Source: Trichoplax adhaerens
Taxonomy: Eukaryota; Animalia; Placozoa
Length of the DNA: 64,000 nucleotides
NCBI RefSeq assembly: GCF_000150275.1
Contig: NW_002060945.1
Coordinates: 3,805,172 to 3,869,171 of the forward strand
Direction: 5' to 3'
Of the stretch, positions 1 through 16,682 are shown one piece after another. A program made the position numbers and the translations under genes. How positions within the stretch are numbered: the stretch's first letter is position 1; every line of letters begins with the position of its first letter. The notes under the pieces are model-generated. The model was not told the DNA's origin. It saw nothing but the letters and a program-made list of their open reading frames with translations, and did not search any database.

Positions 1-21
1 ATAAAAAGTTAACACATAAAG

Positions 22-3000
22 TTACGCATCACCAAGACTACAGTTGTTTACAACATCCTTTGCTTTGGCTTTTACTAATTCACTGTCATTTTCACGAAGG
101 CAATGAATAGCTTCTTCTACCCCGGCCAATTTCAAATTGGAATGATGTGGTTCAACTTTCCATAACATTTCAATCAAAGATAGCAAATTGCAACGTACTT
201 CAGCTATTACATTGCTGTCTTGAACAACTTTCACAACTTCTTTGACAATACCAGCTTCATGTAAGCTCTGATGAAGGCATTCTATGAGTATTAATAAGTC
301 CATGATTAAGATAATTAAAGCGCTAACAAAAGCACTCGTATACTTATATTAGGACTTGCAATGCTAAGTATACGTAAGAGTAACGTATGAATTTCCTTAA
401 GCGAAATTTTCAGATGTTATATCGAACGGTAACAAATCGTAAATTATAAAATGCGGCATTATAATTATTGTGATTACAAGCCTACGTCACTTTTTCTGCT
501 TTTATACGATAAATTCACAGATTAACATATTGGCAATTCTCAATCTTAGCTACCGTGTTGATATGAATATGAGCATGTACATTGTACATAACGTACGTAA
601 TTGTAGTATTTTAGTACTTACCGTCAGCCACAGCTGACGTGATCAACAAAGCTACAGCACCCTCATTCTGTAACTGTGTATGCTGGTTATGCAACATAGA
701 AATTATGTGGTCTATTCCTCCTATTGCAGCAATGTTTGTTATAATATTCTTGTTTTGTGTTTCTTTGATGATACAGGCCAGCAAACGTAAAGCTTCGCTT
801 GATACACCTTCGTGTTCTAATACATTGCAAAGCTCGACAATACGAGTGAGAATTTCCGTACTAGATCCCAATTGATTGGCGACGGTATCTGCGCAATATA
901 CAAATGATTTACATCACATAACTACAAATGTGTCGGAGTCACAAAACCAGGTAGAAACTAGAAAGTGTTAAAATACTTCTTCGCTAGTTTTAATTAAAAA
1001 GTAAACTATATAAAGAATTATAACTAAAGCTTATATTACATACCATTCCCAGTAGCTAGTAATCTCAGAATACTTAGCGATTTATAGATTGTGGGGGAGA
1101 ATAGAGAGGACAATAACGATGATATCGAGTTGATTGAACCTTCGTTGATTAGTTTTGGTCTAACCGATGAGCAAATTGATAGATTTTTTATTGCGCTTAA
1201 GGCAGCAATCGCCAGTTTAGAATTTCTATCTGTATCTTCTATTGGTTTTACAGATTCCAGTAAATTAGGGATAATCTCGAAGTCTGTTAATTTTTTACAA
1301 TTTGAATCTAGATGAAGGAGACGTAATATGATAGATAATGCAATCATAAGTATATCGATGCAGTATTATAATGAAACTGGTAGTAATAATCTGTCAAATT
1401 CTGAGATTTCGCATTACCTGAACGAGCAATATTTCCAATTCCAAGGCAAGCGGCGGCTTTCAGATTTACCCTCTTATCTCTTAGCCATCCTAGTAGAATT
1501 GGTACAATTTTGCCTGTTCCATTATTAAACATAATTTTCATGCTGTAGTTGCCGCCTAGTAAGTGAACTATAATGGCCACTACATTATCAATTGTTTCTT
1601 CATCTGTATCATCATCATTAACAATCTGTTCTATTTTCGAAATCATATTGTTAATACGCTCATCTTCTGAGATCTGCCTCTGAAAGTCGTCTGTAATCAA
1701 TTGAAAACTTAAATAAGTAAAAAATTTTTCAGATGCATTTACGTATATTCTTGCTAACATGAAGATCATAATATCTGATTTCAGTTGGAGCATGAAGCGA
1801 AACGATGAACTTTATACTAATTAATGTATTATCATTACTATCTATTAGCAATGGCTATTTTACATACCGTCTTCAATGAGTTCCATAATTGTTTCGATTA
1901 CTGATTCTTGAATAGCGTGATATTGATAGTCGCATAATAGAAACAGTAATAAATTTCCGGCATTATGTGCTATCATTTCTTTAATGCCTAGGTAACAAAA
2001 CAAATAAACGTAACTATAGGTATATCTTGGAAAGACATATTCACATTAAGTAAATGCCTTAAAGCAGGGCAATTACTGCTTGTATATTGAGTCAAGACAA
2101 TAAGAGGAAAACACGACCTTTAATGCCAATGATCGTTAATAATGAAAGAGCGCCACTGATTACTTTGCTATCATTTATTGACCGGATGCAGTCAAGCAAT
2201 GTTGATATAATACCAGCGGATAACACTAGGGTTTGATTTTCATCTATTAAAAGTATATTAATATAAAAGCGATTATTACAACTATCATAATTAGCTTATA
2301 AGGTCTACAATACGTAAATTTTCTATATAAATTTTCTTAAACGCCCTTAAGCAAATTTATAATGGCGAGAAATAAATGCAAGAGGGGGATCATTAATACA
2401 TACCACAGTCATTAATATAATTGAGAAGGCAGCCCAGTGAAACTTGCAACATATTAATGTTAGGCTTTGCAGTGCTACTTGAAACTATCGAAATCAACTT
2501 TTCCGTAGCGCCATTACTAGCGATACATTGCCTACCAGTAGCTAATGATATATTAAAATGTTTTTAAAGTGTAACGATCTGTCAGTGACGTAACAACTGC
2601 AAATATAGGTTAAAAGTTGTATGATGTACGATTAACAAGATATCAATACAATGGTATCCTACGGCAGTTTTGATATATTCGAGACATTGAAGTTTTCAAT
2701 TTAATTATAACTGTAGTGCATTATTACTTATAGACTTACGCGATTCGTAACATAAATTGCCTAAGGCACGCAGGCTTTGGTAGCAGTTTTTCTCGTCATC
2801 TGATTCGACTAGGCCAATTAATGAAGGAACAACCTGGACCTTTGCTATTCTATTTCGCCACTCATCGTGCTTGCAACACTCTGCAATAAGCTGTGCTAGC
2901 TGTCCATGAGAACTTCTATAGTCGATATCTTTGAGATAAGCTGCGATTTTGAATTCAATACCAGAACTGAGCATTTGCTCGGCAGCTAATTCTGCAAAAT

Positions 3001-3880
3001 GCATTAGTAAGTATTAGAAGAATAGCGCTAGGTAGGAGTAGAAGTCATTTTAGTGTATTCATACTTTAGCAGTCGACTAAAACATTCTTCTTATTGTTGT
3101 CGTAACATCACCTGTCCTGTAAACTACTGCTTGTTACCTTGTAGTGTACGCGCCAAAGAACGTGGGGAATCCTAGATATCGTACAATACTATTTACGGCT
3201 TATCTACATGCTACAAATGTTCACGTACATTAGGATATGGTATTAAAGTTATGTTCCTACTAGAGCTGATTTGTTTTCACAATTCTCATGTCTAGTTAAC
3301 GTGTGTATGATATCGCGCTTGGCGTGGGCTTCCAAATAAAGTAAACTAAAGGAAAGGAAAGCTTAAAATCTCAGATTCTTGATCTCGTTACAATTGTGAT
3401 AGTACATTAGCAAGCATAATGATCGTTACAGGGTCCTGCTGCACAGCAATAAGTGCTTAAACCTTTCAGATTTGGTTTACGATTACAGATATAAGGTTAA
3501 TATATGCTAATGATAGAAGTGCGTTATTTCATTGAATGTGATATGTACAGTAATAACCATCAGTAAGCACATATACTCATGCTTGAAGTCGTAAATACAT
3601 TAATCGCCTACAAATAGAAATTAATTTGTCTGATATGTGCAAATATGCACTGTGCACAAGTGAATAACATATATCAATTGGAGATCTTTCATAGCTGCAT
3701 GGAGTATAATGTGAACAATACTAAAATCGACAGCATAACATCTATCAGCATCATAAATCCGATACTATGAACTAGGCTTACCGTTATTTTGCAAATCTGA
3801 TAATATGGATGTTATTACTTCGTGAAGGTCTTCCTTTGAACATTGTTCAAATCGTGCGATGTCAGTATTGAAATCTGCCA
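22..3880 (-). CDS. RAP1GDS1: Rap1 GTPase-GDP dissociation stimulator 1 (SmgGDS), ARM-repeat protein, multi-exon; start codon uncertain
   Basis: Exons give CYQSLRALGNLCYE, AAACLGIGNIARS, AALSAIKNLSI, SEALRLLACII and LQNEGAVAL, all SmgGDS-like. Stop TAA at 22-24. The most 5' coding exon is 3782-3880 and has GT-AG boundaries. Confidence 0.88.
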
Positions 3881-4842
3881 CTTCATTAAGGTAGATTAAA
3901 TAGCACAAATAAGATATTGGAACGCTTTAAAGATTTTTTGAAATAAGCTGTAGTTATAAATACTAGCTAATTTCAGCGAAGAGTATGCAATTACAAGATC
4001 CTATAATTACGAGCATATAGCTTCAGAACAATGATCATCGTTCAATGCAGGACATATAGTAATCTATCAAGGCTACGAAAATCATATCTATGTAGTATGC
4101 AGACATATATTGCTATATTGTATGGTAAGCTGTATTAATTATATCATGCTCTCAGCTAGCATGATAGCAAAGAAATCTTTATCAGGCCGGTAGGCAATGC
4201 TGAGATTTTTGCCTCTGCACTTTCATAATCTTTTTACGATTTAAATTCGCTCTGTATACTGTAGAGTATTCCTATCAAAATTGATTCTAACTTACAGTAC
4301 ACGCTATGTTGTATCACTAAGGACGTAGACTAAAATACTGTGCAGTATTAATAATATAGTACATGTAGGCTTTCATAATAATACGTGTATATTGAAGATA
4401 TATGCACATCAAAGCAAAGTTGTTATGGCTTTCGGATCAATTGTACATATACAGAATTATTTTGGAAGTTTACTTATCGCTTACTTCAGTATTGAATTTT
4501 GTTACAATTGATAGAATCGGCTACCGCAGCTTGCATACGCAATGAATAGAATTGGGTTGGAATCAGTTGAAGACTCTGAAGATATGAAATAGAAATCGCA
4601 TGCGTACAGTAATAGTGTAAAAAGATCTCACAAGGTTTATGATTGATTTGGGAAAGGGAATAGAATTTTTTGTTGCAAAAATGAATCCAATTTATTTACG
4701 ATAGCCAATTAATTTAGGGTCAAATGCTTGAATGGAATTGGAAAACTAGCCTAGTGCTAACAGTAATCTTAATGAACATGATAGATATCATACCACACTT
4801 ACTGGTCTAAACTACGGTAGTATAAATATTTTCAGAGAATTC

Positions 4843-5245
4843 TGTACAGTACAGTACAGTACAGTACAGTACAGTACAGTACAATGTACTATGCACTTAT
4901 TACGTCGCCTAGTAAAGATCTCTGCGCAAACGCAGCTAGTGCAAAAATCTACAGTATGCAGCATGCGCTACAGTACAGTACGGTACTGTATACTGTAGGG
5001 TGTCTCGTAAAAAATTACCGACGATTGAAATCATATGAAAACACAATTTCAACACCAAATTAGACAAATTTGGTATCAGTCTATTACAAATAAGATGCTA
5101 TATGTATATATATAATTTAAATTTATATAAAACGTGCTAAAGCTACTAATATTAGCACTTAAAGTCAAAAGTATTTATATAAATTCTGGCGTTTTTCTAC
5201 AGTACGTACAGTACATTGTAATAAGGGTTACAGTACTAATACTGT
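4843..5245. promoter_or_regulatory. Divergent promoter region RAP1GDS1/LARP7 with two ACAGT/TACTG islands (~4843-4997, ~5196-5245)
   Basis: Lies between head-to-head genes; dense TACAGTA/TACTGTA. Confidence 0.65.
4846..4880. repeat. Perfect (ACAGT)7 microsatellite
   Basis: Seven exact ACAGT units, read directly. Confidence 0.97.
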
Positions 5246-5298
5246 AGAACAGCACCAGTACTGATAATGTGTAAAGACGAAAGGCTGTTGTGGACGAA

Positions 5299-8200
5299 AT
5301 GGCGAAAGGATCCAAAGATAAATTGAAAAAAAAGAAGAAATTAGAGGAACGAGAAATTGTGAAGAAGCTTAAAAAGCAGGTTGATTGTAAATTGATTTAT
5401 AATAGTCGAATTAAGTCATGTGAGGTATATTGTAACGATACAATGTGCATTGAATGTACGAACTGCGCCAGCTCCACTGCTAAGCAATCCTCAGCTTTGG
5501 CATTGAGTGCACACATAATGTAGTGGTTAGTAAATTAGTCAAAGAAATTTCCAGTTAATGCAATAGAATGCACTTCTCCAAATTGTTTTCACTCTTATAA
5601 AATGGACAGTCAACACATTTTCCGCTGCACTATACTTCTCTCTCAATTATTTTGATATATTGATACTGTACTACAGTCTACAGCATTTAAAAGCGTATGA
5701 TTACCCACGTTATAAGCTGAGCTATTTATACTGAATGGAGTTGTTAGCTTACTGTAAATAAGAAAATTACTTTTGAATATACTGTATGTGTATTCCAGCC
5801 CTAGTTTATACGATATTTCTAATTACGGAACTAAAATAACGTTGTAGACTTTCTGACAGCCTGTTAACTAGCTATGGTATCATGCCTGCTTAGATAGACT
5901 GATAATTATAATTTATCACACACGCATTATATCGGTATTACAATATACTTTTGCATGCAGATACAAAGTTACGATTTATGCCCACTACGCTTATGCAGTA
6001 CAACACAATTTAAGAGCAGGACTCTAAGCCAACCATCAAAATAAAAATGATGTAAACTGTCTTGTATTACAGCTATAAATAGGGTCAGTACGGTAGTGGA
6101 CTGCTTACACCACTATTATGAACTCTATCGCACTCGACTTACAGTAGCTGGTAAAAAATTTGATTGCTTGTCCTATGATCTGTAAGTTGTAACGCTAGCT
6201 ATGTAACATCATAAACCTTTAGAACTACTAGTTCTAGAGTTCCATAGTAACATGCAGGCTATTTATTTTATAGATATGATTATTATCTTTGTTTTTCTGA
6301 AGGCTGTTATATGCGCGTACATTATACCCGAACAATAAATTATGCTGCACAATCAATACAGAAATAAGCTAACGGCGATACATGTGCAAATATCTAGATA
6401 TACATACCGATGTGTTACAAACCTCATTGTTTTATCAAAGTTTAGAAGCATTTATGTTCATTAATAACATAGATAACGTCCAATTAAAATAAAATATACG
6501 TCTTTTGTAGTTCGAATTTTATTTTAGCGATGCAAATCTGCAAAAAGACAAGTTCTTGCGCAAGATGATTGACGAAGACGAAAACGGATGTAAGTTAATA
6601 CACTTGATTACTATATACAAATGCAGGAAACGAGTACTGTAGATAAGCCTGCTGTCTATCTTAAATCCAGTTTTAGGAAAACGCTGTATTAAAGGTTATA
6701 GTATAGTTAGGCACAATTTTTCAGTATAGGAGTAATTTTATAAACTAGTTGTTGCGCATGAAATTAAGAGGCAAACACCTTGTGGTGACCCAACGCACTG
6801 CTGAACCGTTACTTTACAGTCTACAAGTGTCAGAATCAATACGTTTTAATATCAAGCTATTTCAGATTTAGAAATATTATCGTTTTAATAATGTGAGATA
6901 TTAATATAGAACACTGCACGTCTACAGCATAGCAAACTATTACAGTAACTTTATTTGATGACTGCTGTAGTATTACTAACCTGCTGAAAAGCGAGGCATA
7001 TTATCTTAATATTATTCTATTGTATATCTTCAAGATGTCGACGTTGCTATATTTAAGAAATTCAACAAAGTTAAAGCCCTCACTGACAATTTTAGCTTAG
7101 TTATTAAAGCTATCAAGATGTTAGATGGATTAGAGGTAAAGTACGAACTGAACTGTCTGTAATCAGGCTGCTTTGCCCTAACATATCTAGATTGCATTGG
7201 ATTATGTCAACGTTAGCAATTTAGCATAATTATCTTTATAGATGAGTGAGGATGGAGAAAGGATTAGGCGTCGCACTACGATACCAGCTGCAGAATGTAT
7301 TGATGAAAGAACGATCTATGTGGTATTGGATTAACTTTAATTGCACTTTCATGTAGAAATGATGTCTAAGCTATTGTAATAGCTATAATTTTATTATTTA
7401 AATATCTCTTTATCTTTAAGTTACAATTCTTATAGTTTAGTTATGCTAACTTTTTTTGGAATATTACAGGATGCAACTATATTATAACGATACTAAACAT
7501 GGTGTTAATTGTTTTTGTCTAATTTAGGAAGTTATCCCAAAGCGCGTAGATCACGAGTGGGTGAGGAAGCACTTTGATAAATTTGGAGAAATTCTATATG
7601 TAAGGTGAGTAGATCATAGTTCGCTTCTATCGTTTTAGATAATATTATTAGTTTAAGTGCCAATTTTTGTTATAACAAATACAATACAACTAAAAAGTAC
7701 GATAATCGTCTGACCTTATTATTCTGGTATCAAATCAAACGAAAGTATCCCGAAATATAAAAGTACAGGAGACAATAAAGGTTTTGCCTTTGTTGAATAC
7801 AAAGATCCTGAGAATGCACAGAAAGCCTGTAGAGTATGCCGACAATAGAAAATAATATTTTATTACCGAAAACGTTAAATCCTATCTTAACGCAAACAAT
7901 AAAACTGCGTATTATCTATAGGCGTACATCGAAAATTCAACATTTAATGATTCAGAACTTGAAAATAATTCTGGACAGGTAGTCAAATGATATGCAATTC
8001 TTTGACATAGTTTATAGCCTAAAATTATCTTTTCTAACATTAACAATATACTTTAGGAGTCCGGAAATGTTGACCACCTAGTTAAGAAAAGAAAATTGAG
8101 CGATGAAGACGTTAAGAAAGCGATACAATCGATCGAAAAAAAGCCTAAAGTAGATAAAGGAGAAGAGAAAACCGTCTATAGTGAAGTAAAGTCTGATTAC

Positions 8201-9534
8201 AATAATTCAGAGATGGATAAATCTAATCAAACGGTTGGAAAAGTAATAGGAATACTATCTAGTAAAGTAGTTTGGTTAGAATAACTAAGCGTCTTTGAAT
8301 ATCTAGAATCGTAAGGATAGTGATAAGAAAATTGATGAAACAAAAGATTCGAAGGCCGCTTCGCAACGAAAGCCTAACGCAACCAATCAGCCGTTTAAAG
8401 TAATCTCAAAGTGAGTTTGATCCAGAATTCGACTGTCTTTTGTTTTATTTCATCAGTATAATTTTATAAGTATTTCGTAAAAATTATCAACCTTTTCAAT
8501 GATAGACTTAAATGGCTCGAATATAAAATGCAGTATAAGGAACAACAGAAGGAACGTATGAGAAATATTAAACAGGATTTCAATAGAGAATCAGATGTAG
8601 CAGAACAGCCAATAAATCGCAATAAATCCAATATAAGCTATCAACCGGGTGTAATTTTGTGTGTTAACAGCTCAAGCGACGATGGATTACAAAAGAAAGT
8701 TATTAAAGTACGTTTGAAAAGTTCATAACGTATACTTCGACTTCAATTTTTTGATTATAACCTAATTCTTGCTTTAGGCTAGTTATTACGATTTATTTAA
8801 TCATATTATGAATGTATTTTATACAGTCAATGATACCAGATGCGGTGAAAGTTCAATATATCGATATCATTGATGGAAATTCTACTGTAAGTTTCACTAA
8901 ATTCTTTGACGTAAACATTAAATGCGGTATCTCTACACGTTTACATAAATTTTAAATTATTTTTGTACTTATTAGGGTTATATTCGATTAGCGTCTGAGG
9001 ATGATACTAGCAAATTATTAGAAAAATTCAAAGACACTAATTTAAGTGAATCTAACTCCGAAATTAATCTTAACATTAAGTGGCATAAACTAGAAGGTAA
9101 AATGTTCAAGTAGAAATTTATAGAGGAAATCTTGATGTTTTTGTAACGACTAATAAAAATGTATGTAGTAACACTACTACCTTAGCTTCATCATATAAAG
9201 ATTTTTGTATTTGACTTTGAAGGAGTAGAAGAAGAAAAATATTGGGAAAAAATAATTGAAGATAAGAAGCACCGAACTCATAAACAATCTATCCGAAAGA
9301 ACAAGAAGGGATCTGAAAAGGTAATGCAAAATTGCTTACAGTAGAATTGAAGTAAAATTTGCTTTTCATTCAGTATCGATGTTGACATGGACGTACTGGC
9401 ATATTCATATTTATGCAGAGCTTCCATACGTGTACAACTAATTTCTTAATCAACCTTTAATCTAGATACTGGATAAAGCCGAAAAGAGAGTTTCAAAAAC
9501 GTCATCATCGCATATCTTCTTTCCTGATAGCTAA
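5299..9534 (+). CDS. LARP7: La-related protein 7 (La motif, RRM1, C-terminal xRRM), multi-exon
   Basis: ATG 5299. La motif KQ|FEFYFSDANLQKDKFL; RRM ERTIYV and SIPKYKSTGDNKGFAFVEY; xRRM YQPGVI..GYIRL..EEKYWEKII; C-terminus SHIFFPDS, stop 9532-9534. Confidence 0.92.
6203..6253. mobile_element. 37-bp imperfect palindrome (6210-6246) with 7-bp direct repeat GTAACAT; putative transposon footprint
   Basis: GTAACAT-[CATAAACCTTTAGAAC tacta GTTCTAGAGTTCCATA]-GTAACAT in LARP7 intron 1. Confidence 0.55.
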
Positions 9535-10589
9535 ATGGCTGAATAAATTTCCTTGGAAATATCGTAGTCCAAAATTAGTCATAAAGTTAAAATTTATGAC
9601 ACGCATTTGAACTTGTTTTATTACTGTATAACTTATTCTTTCAATTATTTAATTCTCTCATGAAGCTGTATCTTTTCTATTGCTCACTCAGATGATATGT
9701 AGATGTTTTATATTAATATATTAGGCTGTGTTTGGAGCTAACTATGGTTTAGGCTGCTGTACATCTTTAAAACATTGTCTAGCACTGTACATTTGTAGGT
9801 AAAGGCTGTTAATTAAAAGCAGTGTATCATGCTTGATTCGTTTTTATCCATGTTTCTTTTCATTTATTTATGATAACAGCGATATAACTTACGTATCGTC
9901 AATTGCATGATGGCTCTGATCTGGTAATTATGATCAAAATTTATATCAATTTCGTAAGGCTATAAATACATAAGGGAAAACTTTATTTTAAGGGAGTACG
10001 CAGCCTTCATCAACATTCAATTCAGTATTTAGTTCGAAAATAACGCTTTTTCTAAAACTTACAACAATCATTTGCTTACTCCAGACATTTTATCGTTACG
10101 GCTATTTAATCACATAAAATCACCTTTCATGGTCAAAAATCTGTTCTAATTCAAATCCAATTCAAGTTTTCTATAATTGAATAACTTGTATTGGATATTG
10201 AATATAGAATATAACTATTATGTCAAGTAACTATCTTCGATGTTACAATTCAGAAAAAGTACGTTTCAGAAGATAATTAAGTCGAATATTAGGTTAGGAT
10301 GTCGCATGAAGAGATTGGTTATTACACTGCCTGATTAATTATCGTACCCGTTTGCTTTATATGAACCATAAGTAATATAAAAGTTATTAATGATAACTAT
10401 AATTCAATAGCAAAAAAATATCGTATCGTATAGTAATTTACTTAATAAGTTTAAGTCCAATCCGAAATGACATATTTCTCGGGTGAGCTCCAAAAATTAT
10501 GTCCTAAATTGCTCGATTCAATCTTTGATATTCATGTCAAAGTACCAGAGTTGGCATACTTAATTGATTTCCCAAATTCTCCAAGAAAT

Positions 10590-15167
<4,578 letters not shown>

Positions 15168-15287
15168 GGTTTCAAAGATCGCTCACCACAGTAGCTGTTA
15201 ATGGCCACTTGCAAATAGTTGTCGGATTTTAAATGGACTCGGATAGTAATAAATGACGTCTGGTGATGACACACCCTTAGCCGTCTA

Positions 15288-15910
15288 GAGTACAGTACCT
15301 TACAATACTACGTACTGTAACTTACTGTACCAAGGACTGTACAGTATGCTAGGAATTACTGAGTACTGTACACTCTAGTCCCTGGCTATGTACTGTACAG
15401 TCTGTACTGTATGGAACTGTCGTATTGTGCACGTGGACATTCGACTACCACACCTTGTGTCACACTACAAGGCAAAAGGCAGAGGGGTGTCAGTCGTATG
15501 GCCCCAGCCGGACGGAACCGAACCGGCCCGCCAGGGATTCAGTCCGGTCCGGTCCGTGGGATTTTTGCTTAGTTTCTGTAATTTGATGAGTTGACTGGTC
15601 TAGTTGAAAGATGTTCAGCGTTGCTTTAAATTATAAAGAAATGTGTACATACCTTAAATTTGGCTCCAATTCCATGCAGATAGATCAATACAACCTTGAG
15701 TAATTGCCTCTTGATATTTGATTACTTTTTATTGCAGTATTGAAGAATTGTATTTCTTTCAATGTTCTAATACAAACTATCAGTCGCTGTTACATGTTCG
15801 GTCGCTCGAACCAATTTACAAGTCACGTCGTCATACTCGTCTATACTTTACAGTGTACAGTGTACAGTACGGTAGCAAAGTGTACTGTATGGCACAATAC
15901 TGTACAGTAT
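15288..15910. promoter_or_regulatory. Divergent promoter region GMPPA/POLK with ACAGT islands (~15288-15420, ~15850-15910)
   Basis: Between head-to-head genes; dense ACAGT/TACTG. Confidence 0.6.
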
Positions 15911-16018
15911 TTGGACCAGATGAGGCCGGAAATGTCTGTCCGTCCAAGAGTGATGGGTCCAGGTCTTCTTCCAGCAGCCAACTATTTCAGTTACTATTTC
16001 AATCTTCGCAGTGTCTGC

Positions 16019-16063
16019 TATGGACTACTAAAATACCAATGTTAATAATTTTAGTAATCCATG
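16019..16063. repeat. 45-bp hairpin, arms ATGGACTACTAAAAT / ATTTTAGTAATCCAT
   Basis: 15-bp inverted repeat with one mismatch; same arm sequence as the 43796 element, but no clear flanking duplication. Confidence 0.7.
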
Positions 16064-16682
16064 TCCATGCCATGACTGTACTGGATCATAAATGAGTGTA
16101 CATAGCGACCCTTCTCTCTATTTGACTCCTATTTCAAAGTCGATTTGTAGTACATCAATGATCGCTACAGTGTCCTGAATGTCAGCATAACAATAGACAA
16201 GATTGTCCCTTGACATGTCCATACACGTCCGTACGATGTTCTGTATGCACAACATTTGCAGGGCTGGTTCGCGGAAATGTTCCAAAATATCCTACATGAT
16301 TAGATGATTGCTTCGATCTATTCAAGTGGAGTCTAGACGATTCGTAGGAGCTATTTTAGACAACGTTCACACACTATCGTTGGAATAAACGTAGTAGGCA
16401 AAGAGTGAACAAGGCGTAGAGGACGGTATACGTCGACGGACTGGTGTACAATTGCACCTACATGCCTACGTCGATTTCAAATGATGCTGTCCAAAACTGC
16501 TAATATACATACTGTAAACAGTTCAGCAGCAATCATATTCTAACCGTAGTATCATCTTAATCAGAGACTGCATCTTAGAAGATATCGATATAGCTCAAGT
16601 TTTCTTAAGAATAGTATAAATGGGATGACGATGAAATGGATTGCAATATCACCTACGCCTAATTACTAATCAATCCATCATT

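Noticed and set aside
4997-5090. TAGGGTGTCTCGTAAAAAA.. resembling a Tc1/mariner MITE end
   Set aside because: No partner inverted repeat or target duplication found.
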